The notes under the pieces are model-generated. The model was not told the DNA's origin. It did not search any database and worked only from the letters and a program-made list of their open reading frames with translations. A DNA stretch of 64,000 bases from Octopus vulgaris (lineage: Eukaryota): the NCBI GenBank assembly GCA_951406725.2, contig OX597817.1, positions 68,820,001 to 68,884,000 on the forward strand. The letters are read 5' to 3'. This document shows, piece after piece, positions 1 to 12,298 of the stretch; position 1 is the stretch's first letter, and the number at the start of each line of letters is the position of its first letter. The position numbers were made by a program, and so were the translations under genes.

Positions 1-99
1 AACACTGCCACTTGAATGATGATGACACTCACTTATAACTATCACATGATGTCAAAGCAAGGACACAGTAACATACACGTATCTAGATATATATATTTA

Positions 100-262
100 T
101 GATGAGCTTCTTTCAGTTTCCATCAACCAAATCCATTCACAAGACTTTGGTTGGCCCAGGGCAATAATGGAAAACATTTTCCCCAGGTGCTGTGAAGTGG
201 GACTGAACCTAAAGCCATGTGGTTGGGATGCAAACTTCTTACCACACAGCCACATCTGCACT
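100..262 (-). mobile_element. SINE family A, 5' part
   Basis: Reverse complement of tggctgtgtggtaagaagtttgc...ggttcagtcccac...gatggaaactgaaagaagc, with tRNA-like A and B boxes. Confidence 0.8.
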
Positions 263-399
263 TATATGGTTACTAGCAACAGCAACAGAAAAAGAGAAAG
301 AAAGAAAGAAAAGAAGAGAAAATAATCCTACACATTTTGTTTTGTAAATAATAATGTGCACATCGAAGAAGTTGAAAAGTGGGGCAAGTAAGGGATGAA

Positions 400-2970
400 G
401 GAAATTATGGAAGAATTCAGTAATTCTAACTCCTCTACCAATAACTTTATGTCTAAGACAACTGTAGAAGATGGAGTGTTATTCAGACTTGTAAGTCTAA
501 CAACATGACAGACAGGAGATGGAGTCAGTTATAGACATCACTGATGAAGCAGTCCCTGTTAAAATACCACATGGACAGGAATTGCAGTGATGCATAGATT
601 CTTGCTGTGGCTGCACTTGACAGTGGAATTATTGATAAAACTCAAAACAGATCAAATGCATTATTTTTTTCAAATAAAGGAAATATCAAATAATACTGGT
701 CAGAATGGTGATAATCTTTCTTTTGTGTCTTATATCAGTTGACGAAAAAGTATCTTCCATATGGTGAAGCTTATTCAGGAGACTAGATATGCTAGAATGT
801 TGATAAGTAGGTTTTGTACTATTGCACCATGCATCATTATATAAAAAAAATTAGTGGATCAATAATCTCAAATCATCCTGGATAGAATCTTAGTCAAGAT
901 TGGAAGAATTTGAAGATCAAAGATTGTCTCTGATGAATTCATTAATGCGCAAAGAAAACTACAATGAATGGAAATTAATCACTAAGGTATCATCAGCTAG
1001 ATGATCAATTAATTATTTATAGTAAAGTGAGTTAAATATAGAAGGAAATAACTAGAAACAACTACTTGGGAGATTTTTAATTATTAATTTATTTCTGTAT
1101 AAGCTTGGATTAGCTTTTTCTTTTTTTTTCCATTCAACATATTACTGATTATAAGAATGTAAACGTTATTGCTATAATTGAAATTCTCAGCAAATATGAC
1201 CAATTTTTAGCAGCAGAACATGCCGTATACATGCAAGAGTCACAAGAAAATCTATTATCTCTCTACACATACTGAAAATGGATTCATTAAGCTCTGGAGA
1301 GAATTTGTGCAAATGAAAATCCTTGATGAGATTCGAAATGCAAAATATTATTCATCGTTAATGCCACTCCACAACATTACTCAGATATTGTAAACTGTTC
1401 TAATTATTTACTGGTCTAAAGTTGTAGATAGTTCTGCATTTTCATTTGAAGAACAATTTATTTTAATTTGATAGTTTCTCAAAGGAAATTCTCTTTTGAA
1501 TGCTAACCACTTTAGAAAGATTTTATGTTGGATTTTCAAGTTTACATTTGACAAGCCTATGGATAATGGATCAAATATGTACAGAGGGTGAAATGGAGAG
1601 CAAAGCAGTTTTATGGGAGCTTAAGTCAAACTGCATTTATTCTAGCTGGAGAAAGCAATACACTAAATCACTTTGGCATTGACTGTGTCAAGTCATGCAA
1701 GCAAGTAGTTATTTACTTTGGAGAAAATTCAACAAACACAGTGTTTTCAGCAACAGTGCACAAAGGTGGGAGATTCTAAAACTACATCTTATTGTTTCTT
1801 TGTTTAGAATATCCAAGACGAGATAGTCTTCAGATATCAACATTTACATTTTGTGAGAAAAGACTTTAACTGGGATTGAACAACTAAATCTTAGAGCACA
1901 AGCTTAAACTGAACTAAACAGTATTTTTGATTACATGTCTTCAACATTTCAAAGTGTTCTGCTGCCATCTTTACAGTTAAACGTACTGATGATTGATCCA
2001 CCAAACAAATCTGATAAATGAATCACGTGATTGTATACATGAGATGAAGAAGTATAGGAAATCTTATGAATGACATTCAACAAATTGAAGAACAATGGAC
2101 GTCCACCCTGACAGAATACATATTATTAACAGAAAGCATTGTAATTTCTTCTGAACTCTCATACATTTCCAGCTCAGTCTGATGCCAAACACCATCATTG
2201 AGTGAATGCTGTCTTCTTTGTTAGGCTTGGTTCTATTTGCTGTGGTCTTGAACAAAGATTTAAGACACAGCGTAAGATTGTGTTTTCTTTGGATTTCTTT
2301 GGTAGATCAGTAACTTAAGTATTAAGATCTTCTCTCAGCATTTGAACAATTTCAGTAGCAGTATCACAAAGAGTTATCAAAAGATTTTATAAATGAAATT
2401 CTATTTCTTAAAGGAATATTTCAATAAACTTTAAATTGGATCGCAAGTAGAAGGAATCGCTGCAAGAGATTCTAACTTTGGGATTGGCTGGAGAATTTCC
2501 AAGTATTATGATTGCATTGAAAACTTTTATATGTTTACTTGCATCTGCTGCTTCAAGATAATGGAAGAAGTTTGGATGTGTTGAAGCAGGTGAAGAATAA
2601 CCATCCTTCAGCTATGGGACAAGAACGTTGTGATATTTGATGCCAACTAGACTTTTCGTCTTTTATCAAGAATCTTGCATCATGAAAAACTCATTGGACA
2701 CTTGGAAAATAATTATAATTTGTTTTTCCTTTTTGAAAAGAAAAAAGTGATAAATTTATCAGAAAATGAAATGAGAGAGAAAGAAAAACATAAATTTGTA
2801 GGAATTTGCTATGCCACCTACATATTTACTATTCCAGTTTTCAGTTAGGAAGATATTTCTAGAAAATAATGGTAGTTAGTCATAAGTAATCATTTTTGTT
2901 TAACTTGGTTTGAAGGCTCCATGACATCAAAATTGGCCGCCTGAATTTCAGTTTATCTATGAATGGGCCT
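400..2970 (+). mobile_element. Degenerate hAT DNA transposon (Tip100/ZMYM1-like transposase relic), interrupted by another repeat
   Basis: Frameshifted fragments: EILSKYDQFL (~1180), ILDEIRNAKYYS (~1320), DNGSNM (~1562), IDCVKSCKQVVIYFG and SNSAQRWEIL (~1680-1780), and a hATC-like EFPSIMIALKTFICL...VLKQVKNNHPSAMGQER (~2490-2630). Many stops. Confidence 0.8.
1951..2338. repeat. ~390-bp interspersed repeat, arm 1 of an inverted pair (partner 3491-3874)
   Basis: Its reverse complement aligns over the full length with 3491-3874. For example ccagctcagtctgatgccaaacaccat pairs with atggtgtttggcatcagactgagctgg. Confidence 0.9.
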
Positions 2971-3059
2971 TAATCATGCTATCTTTATACTAACTCTATA
3001 GATTTCTGCACTTAGAAAACATAGCATTTTTTAAACAGAAATACACATTAAGAGTATGG

Positions 3060-3460
3060 TTGATGTTGTTTAACCCCAGGTAACTCTTAATTAAACACAC
3101 CTATGATTAACATAAGGTATTCCAGTCATTCCATAACCATCTTGTCTATTGTCTTTTAGATACAGCATATCCCACATTACATTATGTGTCCTTTTTAAGA
3201 TAGTTGGGCATGGTTTTACGCAGTAATGGTTACTATTTTTAGTAAATCAGGTGACTACATAGAGACTACTCATAGGCTAATTAGCAGTAAGACTACTAGT
3301 GTTGTTGCTGTTAAGTCCTTGGTTAATTCTGACAGCAATGCCCATCCTTTTCATATATCAGTAATTACATTGTCCTTCCTTTTACAAGATTGTAGGGTGT
3401 AATATTTGATAGAGTTCTGGTTGCTATATCTAGCAGTTTAGGTGACCACATATAGTCTCA
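3060..3460. mobile_element. Old SINE-like family E, two tandem degraded copies (others at ~30800-31000, 40800-40965, 48300-48505, 53640-54110, 59640-59840)
   Basis: Recurrent motifs ttgtttaaccccagg...cctatgat...cattatccaatgtgtcc...ttgctatttctagcag in both orientations across the window. Confidence 0.6.
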
Positions 3461-3490
3461 TTCACTTGTCAATTCAACATTATTAAAATT

Positions 3491-3874
3491 CTGAGATATC
3501 TTAATATTTAAATTACTGATCAACCAAAGAAATCCAAAGAAAGCACAATCTAACACAGTGCCTCAAATCTTTGTTCCAGATCACAACGAATAGAACCAAT
3601 GCTAACAAAGAAGACAGCATTCACTCAATAATGGTGTTTGGCATCAGACTGAGCTGGTAATGTATGAGAGTTCAGAAGACATTACAATGCTTTCAGTTAA
3701 TAATATGTATCCTGTCAGAGTAGATGTCTATTGTTCTTCAATTTGATGAATATCATTCATAAGATTGCCTATCCTTCTTCATGTCAACTGTACAATCATG
3801 TGATTCATTTATCAGATTTGTTTGGGGGATCAGTTGTCAGTACGTTTAACTGTAACGATGACAGCAGAACACTT
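3491..3874. repeat. ~390-bp interspersed repeat, arm 2 of the inverted pair
   Basis: Diverged reverse complement of 1951-2338. Confidence 0.9.
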
Positions 3875-4721
3875 GTTCATCAACAATATTTGAGTATGCA
3901 CTACATTTTTCTCAATTGGTAGATATGTCAGCGTACTGGGCAAAATGTCTTAATGGTATTTACTTGAGATCTTCTCATTCTGTATTCAAATTATGTTGAG
4001 GTCAACAATATCTTCCATCCATCCAAAGAAAATAAAATAAACTACCAATACAGAGGGTTGGACTAATTGAATTGTTAGAGCACTGGAGAAAGTGACTAAC
4101 AGTATTCGATCTGGTACTTTATTTTCTGAGTGGCAAACATATCTAAATCTACCCAACAATATGGTGTCTTGTAAAAGATAACTGAAGGAAGGCAACATGA
4201 AGACCAATTTGCATTTTCTCACAAAAATTCAATAACAAAGGCATAGCACCAATCAATGGAAGATATCAAAGGTCATTTATTGAGATGATGGTTTGAGGGA
4301 AATTTAATTGTTGTTTCTAGCAATTTGGGGCAGAGAAATAGCTTGTTTAGTTTGTAAACAAGAAGGAAGGAACTATATTGTCTGTTGGTTTTTAATATGG
4401 TAGGGTATGATTTGAGGAAGATTTGGCAGCTATTTCTTGCTGGACAGGTAACTGAATAGTGGGACCCCCATCAGATAATCAACAGTAATATTTTGTCAGC
4501 TGGCATTTGGTATCAGTCAGGAGTACCAGACTCTAACCACTCAGCTACAACAATCTTTATCATGTTCACTGAGTCTGGGAGCTCTTGTGTGCTACATGAC
4601 AAGCACACTTAATTAACATATCTTTTATCTTGTACTTCTTTCAGTTATAAGACTATGGCCAAGCTGGATCTTTTAGTTGAACAACTTGACCCCAGTACTT
4701 ATTTTTTCAGTTTGGATTTAA

Positions 4722-4892
4722 TGTTCAAACTAACCAGATCAGGCCTCTCACACCCACCCAACAATGCCATTCTAGAAATAAACGATCACATCATTGAAAT
4801 CTCAAAGGGCCAAGATAATGCATGATTAATTCAAAACAATAAGAATAATAAGCATTTCATTGGACACAGTAATCTGAATGCTAAAGGGTTAA
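4722..4892. mobile_element. piggyBac-like MITE end (related fragments ~6545-6702, 8620-8815, 26062-26140, 50890-51070)
   Basis: The terminus ...aatgctaaaGGG TTAA (TTAA + CCC on the other strand) recurs. Several copies share gataatgcatgattaattcaaaaca or its reverse complement. Confidence 0.6.
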
Positions 4893-5249
4893 GTTACAGG
4901 GACATAAACAAACTAACACCAGTTATCAAGGGGTAGGTAAGGGCACAAATATCAACTCAAAGACACACATACAAACACACACACACATAACAGGCTGCCA
5001 CACAGTTTCCATCTACCAAATTTACTCATTGGTTGGTTAAAGGTGCTGTGTTGTGGGACTGAACCCTGGATCACATGATTGCAAAGCAAGCTTCTTAGCA
5101 ACAAAGCCTTACCTGCACCTATATAGTAAAACATTTCATCTTATCGAAAGAAATACAGTCTAAAAAATGAATCGAATGAAATCAGTAATGCCATTTAAAA
5201 AAGAAAAAAAATTGTTAATAAAATCTTATTTAGCATAAAAGAAGGCAAA

Positions 5250-6240
5250 ATTTAATTTTCAGGATCGATGGAGCATCAGATGAAATATCGCATGGGATTT
5301 GGTTACATCCCTTTATTTTATCAACTCTTTTATCCTTCCAGGGTTAAAATAAAGTGTCACTTAGATGCTGAGGATCAATATAATTAACTCTTGTCTCCCG
5401 ACAAATTTCTGACCTTGTGCCTATAAGAGGAATCCAATTATTTAGAATTGTAAGCATGCTGGGCAAAATCCTTAGCAGTATTTCCTATTATTACTATTAA
5501 TATCATTATTATTTTTATTGTCATAGGTAGTGAGCTGGCAGAATCGTTAGCATGCTGGGTAAAATGCTTAGCCATATTTCATCTGCCACTACTTTCTGAG
5601 TTCAATTCCGCCAAGGTCGACTTTGCCTTTCATCCTCACGGGGTCAATAAATTAAGTGCTAGTGAAACACTGGGGTCGATGTAATTGATTAGTCCTCTCC
5701 CCCAAATTTCAGGCCTTGTGCCTGTAGTAGAAAGGATTATTATTATTATTATTATTATTATCATCATCATTTTTATCATAGGTGGGAACTGGTAGAATCG
5801 TTAGCATGCCAGGTGAAATGCTGAATGATATTTTGTCTACTGCTACATTCTGAGTTCAAATTCCACCAAGGTCAATTTTATCTTTCATTATTTCGGGGTC
5901 GATTAGATAAGTACCAATTACACACTGGAGTCAATGTAATTGATATAACCCCTCCCTGAAGCTGCCCTTGTGGCAAAAATTTGAAATCATCATTATTATT
6001 ATTATCATAGGTAGCGAGCTGGCAGAGTTGTTAGCACACCAGGCAAAATGCTCAGTGGTATTTTGTCTGCTACTACAATCTTAGTTCAAATTTTGCGGAG
6101 GCCGACTTTGCCTTTTATCCTTTCAGGCTCAATAAATTAAGTACCAGTGAAACACTGGGGTCGATGTAATTGACTGTCCTCCTCCCCTATATTTCAGGCC
6201 TTGTGCCTATAGTAGAAAGGATTATTATTATCATTATTAT
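5250..6240 (+). mobile_element. Head-to-tail array of SINE family B (full copies ~5525-5738, 5780-5987, 6009-6222 plus degraded upstream copies) separated by (ATT)n/(ATC)n
   Basis: Repeated ggtagtgagctggcagaatcgttagc...ctgagttcaaattccgccaaggtcgactttgcctttcatcc...ggggtcgatgtaat...tagaaaggattattatt. Confidence 0.9.
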
Positions 6241-6937
6241 TAAGAAGCGCATCACCAAAAAATTCTGCCAAATGCAACATAATATACCATTCAACTATTT
6301 TGATACCAGCTCACCTAAGACAGCTTCTGAATGTGTAGTCAAGAGATAGCTCCATTATTACGTAATTTCATTATCTGATCCTACTGCACATCACCTTGAG
6401 CAAGTGTATTCTACTAATAGCCCCAGGTAGAATCAAAGTCTTCTAAATGAAATTTAGTACATAGAAACTGTGGAAGCTTGTCAGAAGGACAACACCTGTT
6501 CTCATACTTAATCCATCACCTGATTTAATATCACCACTTTTAGTAGGTTAGATTTCAACTCAAATGATAGCTTAGAACCCAACTTCCTATCACCAGTCTT
6601 AGAGGTACCGAAAAGTGTCATACAGCACTGTCCTTTATTTTTGATTAAGCTGCTAAAAAAAACTTGTGTATTTCATTACAAATATGGCAATGAAAGGGTT
6701 AAACAAGTTTTAAATGCTTATGATTAAAAATAGTTGAAAAGATCCTCATATATTTCAATCAGTATTTCTATTTCATTCAATATTTAGTATAGAGAAAATG
6801 ATATATGTCTCACTAATAGAAAGATCTAGGAGAAAATAAATAAAAGAAAAACAAAAACAAAACATTATTTCTGAGCATGTAAATTGTGAAGCCTTTTTTG
6901 TTTTTTGTTTTGTAAATTGGTTTGAGAAGGTGAGCAG

Positions 6938-7796
6938 GGTTCACTACTGGTAATTAATATCTTCCTTGTAATTTCATCGCCCGATAATTTCATTGCAAAG
7001 CAATTACATCACGAACCAATACATCATTGGTAAATTCATCGTCATGCCAAATATGTTGTCAGTAAATTCATCATCATGCTATTTATCCACAGAGTAAATA
7101 TATTGCTAAACATTAGTGAAAGGTTTTATTTGCAGAGTAAATATATCACATTTCATTAACAAAGATTAAAAAAAAAGCAAAGAAAATTTCAAAGATAAAA
7201 AAATAAGTTTGCATCTTATGATCTGGAAATTTTTAGAAATCTTGAAAACAGAACAATGAAGAAATACACTAAAAATCAAACACTATATCAATGACACTGA
7301 AAATTCATACGGAACAAAGAAATATAATGATGTTGCAGTAAGAATTCAAAACATCATCAAGAATATGAAAATCTTGAAATACTGGATTATTTAAGAGATG
7401 TTGCTTATAATTTATTTTTTTATGGTGTTTCATCCTTCAGTTTCAAATAATATTATTTTACTCAATTATTTTGTGATTTTATTTTTAAAAGTAAATTTCA
7501 TTTGCTTGCTTGACTTTTTATGAATAAACTGGAAATTAATTTTTTCGTTTTTTGCTTTTGAATTTCTTTCCACTCTTTATTAAAATGTACAGAGTTTAAA
7601 CTGTGAATTAAAAGTTGAAATAAGGCTTAGTGGTCTATTTATTCAGTGAATAAAAAGAAAGCAAATATATTCACGATTTGGCATGACAGTGAATTTATCA
7701 GTGATATATTTCTAATGAAAATATGGCGATGTATTTACTGTAATGTGATTATCCATGATGAATTTTACAAGATGTTGGTAAATCGTGTCTAACTCA
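6938..7796 (+). mobile_element. MULE/Mutator-like non-autonomous derivative with a transposase C-terminal relic
   Basis: Internal relic translates IWKFLEILKTEQ...KKYNDVAVRIQNIIK...ILDYLRDVAYNL. The ends carry reverse-complementary subterminal motifs (taaattcatcgtcatgccaaat / atttggcatgacagtgaattta). Confidence 0.7.
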
Positions 7797-8249
7797 GCCA
7801 CCAATGAGAGATTTTGTCAAGAATATGAAATATCTTGGCTGAGCCATTTTGGTACTGCCCATTTGGCACCAGTGAGTCAATGCTGACTTATTTGACATTA
7901 AATGTTGTAATGTTTTTCTCATTCTCTCTCTGTCTCTCTTTATGTGTGTTAGCATATGTCTCATCAGCTGTTCCAGGAAGCCCAGAATTACATAATAGTC
8001 GTTATAATCCTAAATTGCAGGAGAAATACTGAAAAAGTTATGGGTATATATCTGGTAACTAGTCACATCCTTTCTCCTTTTAGTGCTGTCATATGAACTG
8101 CATTTGCCAATCTCTCTTAATGAAAGGAACTGGATTTATTATAATATCTTCACATGATATTCAATCAGAAGTTAAGATAGGTACAGTCAGTTTTGTCAAA
8201 TTAAGCTACAGTTGCATAATACAGTCATGTAGGCCACTTATTTTATACA

Positions 8250-8301
<52 letters not shown>

Positions 8302-8829
8302 AACACAGTAAAGAACAAGGAGTTATTTTAAAAAATGTCTGTATGACTTTTGAATGGCAATGGCAAGGGGGACAACTCAAATATTCATCAAGAAACTATC
8401 TGCTATCCTTTAGAAGAGGTTTTGTTAGATGAAAGAAATTTAAGAAATAGAGAAAAGCATTGAAGAAAGTAAATGTAATTGCATTCTCTCTTCATTTTGT
8501 TTTTCTTTACCTCTTACAAACTCCTGTAAGCAAAGGAAGATAATTTCTTCAAATGAAATCTGAGTTATATCCCACACTACTGCCATTGCAAAAAGGCAGA
8601 AAGACTTTTGAACTTTTTAACATTTTAAACTAACCATATCAAGTCTAAATATTCAATCAGTTTCTATGTTCAAACTGGCCAGATCTGGCCTCCAACACTT
8701 GCCCTCATTATGCCATTCTAAAAAATAATCACATCATTGAAATCTAAAAGCTATGAGATAATGCATGATTAATTCAAAACAGTGTGTATAAATAAGCAAA
8801 ACATTTGACAGAGTAAATAACATTTGGTT

Positions 8830-9520
8830 TCTCATACAACAGGTGAAGGATACAATGCATAAAAACAGGTGGTCTGAATGAGTGTATTATACGACTATAG
8901 CATAAATTCATGAAAGAGATGTATCTAAATGAGATCATTGCAACTGAATGCAGTGTATGTGTGGGGGATGACGTCAGCAGCTGGGAAGCTGACCGGAGCT
9001 TGGGGCTGACCGGAAGAGAAAGGAGCAGGAGTGACGCGTGCGCAAGCAGGGCAGTATTCGACCTTTCGATCGAGGTAGCTGAGCGCTTTGTTAAGGTAGG
9101 GGAAAATCAGCTGTTATTTCTAGTGTTCGGGTCGGGCCGCATGGAAGGGTGCATTACCACTGGGGAGGTCTCCATCAAAGAAGAGAAGGTAGGTGTCCTT
9201 ATTTCAAATCTCCCGCATACACCATAGTGTGTGAGGGAGAGAGAAGAAAAAAACAAAGAGTAGCTAAGAGGAAGAATGTATAGATTAAACCAAAAGTGTG
9301 AAAAGAATTTGAGCCAAGATTTATCTGCTCAGACTGAGGGGAGATGTAGACATGTAGTGAAGGTAAATCGTCCATGCAGGTGTGCTGGACAAAGGTATCA
9401 GAAAAGGAAGGTAATGTGAGGAAGTTGATGGTATATGAGAAAATAATTTCAGGACAGAGCAGGAACCCTGAATTCCAGTAAACAAATTGTATTTGATGTG
9501 ACTTCTTAGTGTTCATCCCC
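8830..9520 (-). mobile_element. Probable Penelope-like element 3' relic (degenerate GIY-YIG C-terminus plus GC/CpG-rich terminal region)
   Basis: The minus ORF segment HTCMDDL...EQINL...HTFGL resembles the H...DDL...EQ...L.T...GLN end of PLE GIY-YIG domains. It is followed by an unusually CpG-rich segment. Confidence 0.45.
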
Positions 9521-9561
9521 AAAGATCAACCCTGAATGTACAAATCTATAACCAAAAGCAT

Positions 9562-9837
9562 TTTTTTTATGTGCCACCTGCACAGGACTGGCTCCTGTGC
9601 AGGTGGCACATAAAAAAACACTATTTGAGTGTTGCTGTTGCCAGTACCGCCTGACTGGCCCTTGTGCTGGTGGCACATAAAAGCACCAACTACACTCTTG
9701 GAGTGGTTGGCGTTAGGAAGGGCATCCATCTGTAGAAACTCTGCCAGATCAAGATTGAAGCCTGGTGCAGCCAAATCGTTCAACTCATGCTAGCATGGAA
9801 AGCGGACGTTAAACAATGATGATGATGATGATGATGA
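9562..9837 (+). mobile_element. Repeat family D (RTE-related SINE-like element with (GAT)n tail), with a 5' foldback hairpin
   Basis: ggtggcacataaaagcacc...gagtggttggcgttaggaagggcatcc...catgctagcatggaaagcggacgttaaac(gat)n. Other copies at 17080-17220(-), 21370-21510(+), 33860-34130(+), 45290-45502(+). Confidence 0.8.
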
Positions 9838-10324
9838 TTCCCTCCATGGCGATCCTCATAGTTTTTAAGGGAATGTAGCCTACAATATCTAATATAGCCT
9901 TTCTTTGCCTAAGAGAATTCAAGGGATAGGGTGAAGAAATTTAGCTGACATTTCTAGCCTGTAAACAACCTTGTTGTCTTTAAACTGATATGATTTGCTT
10001 TTCGGTTAGAGTTAAGTAGATTTCAAATATGCAGCTGATAAACTTAACATTATAATTTGAAAAATAATTTTTAATATAATCTTAGCACAGCTAAATGTCA
10101 AGTATAACTTGATTTACAAATACACTTATCTGGTGGGTAGAGAATTTAAACCAGAGGCTAGGATAGGAAATATTTACAATAAATACTAATTAAAAGTAGA
10201 TAAATTAATTAATTAATTAATATGATAAAGTAAAGTGGATAAATGTAATTAAATCAAGTAGGATAAATTAGATTGGAGGAAAAAGTATAGATGGCTATAA
10301 ATAATTACATACATCTGTGTGCGT

Positions 10325-10362
<38 letters not shown>

Positions 10363-10470
10363 AATCTGAAGAACTGTAAGTGTATGTGAGAGAGAGGGAA
10401 AGAGATTTTTATGTGTGTATGCATGTATATGTGTCAGTGATAATGAAGAGGAGGGAAAGCAGGTGAGAAG

Positions 10471-10558
10471 TGGTGGTGGTGGTGGTGGTGGAGGAGGAGG
10501 AGGAGGAGGAGGAGGAGAAGAAGAAGAAGAAGAAGAAGAAGAAGAAGAAGAAGAAGAA
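10471..10558. repeat. Compound trinucleotide microsatellite (GGT)n-(GGA)n-(GAA)n
   Basis: Read directly. It explains the poly-G/E/P/S ORFs in the track. Confidence 0.95.
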
Positions 10559-11604
10559 ATTGGGTTCTTCAACAGATGGAGTGTTGTAAACATTTTTCAG
10601 AAAAAAAAAAAATATAAACATCTAAAAACAATTTCAGTAATACATATTTATTTTAAACAACAGGGTGTGTTGCTTGCGAAGAACAATTTTATTTAATTTT
10701 ATTGACTGACTAAAACAGAAATTTCTAGAGAATACCATTGTATTGACAGACTGATTGATTGTTTATTCTAAAAATACTGACATGCCACTGACAAGATATT
10801 GTGAGTAAAATAAAAAAAAAACCCAGCTTCACAGATGTTGGTTAAGATTATATAACCTACTAAACACACTTTAAAAGAAAAACTCTATCATTTCTTCAAT
10901 ATTTTACAGGTTTCAGTCATTTTATTGTCGATGAGGGGTTTAGTTGATTTATATAGGATCTGGTGTGGCTGTGTGGGAAGAAGTTTATTTCCCAAGCACA
11001 TGGTTCTTGCTTCAGTCCCACTGCAATGACATCTTGGGCCAGTGTCTTCAATTATAGTCTTTGGATGTGATAGACTGAAACTTGTGTGTGTGTGTGTGTG
11101 TACACACTCATATTCTTTTCATTTATTATTTTACTTGTTTAAGTCAAACAAATCAACCCCAGTACGTTTTTAAAGCTTGGTGCTTATTGTATCAGCCTCC
11201 TTTTGCTGAGCTGCTAAGTTACAGGGATGTAAACACACCAGTACTGTTTGTCAGGTATAATAGGTTAGTTACCTAACTATTACTATACCACTTGAAAAAA
11301 GTGTACATTAATGGAAAATTAACTAACATGTTATACACTTTGATATATACACATGCATACCAAGACACATATACACACACAGAAATACACATGTACAGAC
11401 ACACACATGCAAATACATACACATAAACAACAAGCTTCAGGTGGGGGGGATGGAACAGATACAGAGATCTCCCCACACACACAGATATATATACAAAATT
11501 TTCAATCTTCAGATTTTTTTAAAAATATGCTAGGCCACTGGTTTTAATTGATTAATATCAATTTCTACCCTTATTTAATTTTATATATATATGTATATAT
11601 ACGA

Positions 11605-11764
11605 TGGGCTTCTTTCAGTTTCCATGTACCAAATCCATTCACAAGGCTTTGTTCAAACCAAAGCTATATTAGAAGACTGTTGCTCAAAGTACTATGCAGT
11701 GAGACTGAACCTGAAACCATGTGGCTGGGAAGCAAGCTTCTTACCCCACAGCCATGCCTGCGCC
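11605..11764 (-). mobile_element. SINE family A, 5' part
   Basis: Reverse complement of the ggcgcaggcatggctgtggggtaagaagcttgc...ggaaactgaaagaagccc head. Confidence 0.85.
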
Positions 11765-11778
11765 TATATCACAAAATG

Positions 11779-11827
<49 letters not shown>

Positions 11828-11876
11828 ATATCTTTCTATTTACACAAACACACACACACACACACACACGTATATA

Positions 11877-12122
11877 TAGTAATAACAATAATCTTTGGAT
11901 GAAATTTATAAACATTTAATGCATTGCTACGCACAGTTCCATGAATAGCCTCAAGAAATGAATCAATGAAGATTATCTACCTGATGCCCAGGGATACTAC
12001 AGACTATGGTGTAATCATCCCAGGAATACGGATTGTGATCTTAAGAGACATGTGACTCATGGAAATGTGTGTAGTGATGCATTAAATGTTTATAAATTCT
12101 ATCCAAGGATTATTATTATTAG
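11877..12122. mobile_element. Short inverted-repeat element (arms ~70 bp) with hammerhead-like remnant; Penelope-like terminus
   Basis: 11877-11947 is the reverse complement of 12055-12122. The + strand carries ctacCTGATGc...catgGAAAtgtgtgTAgtg. Confidence 0.55.
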
Positions 12123-12298
12123 TACAGTATTTATCCTACATTATATCGGTACAGCTCGATGTAACCCCTAAAAACTGGTTCACTAGTCAGGATCATAAGA
12201 CTGTGGCTAACATAATGGAATAGGAGGTTTAATTGCATATTCAAAACGTTTCCTGTAAACAAATTTTAAAAAAAAGTATATATATATATATATATATA

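Noticed and set aside
8910-9227. GC-rich 105-aa plus-strand ORF
   Set aside because: No recognisable domain; it lies in the terminal region of a probable Penelope-like relic.
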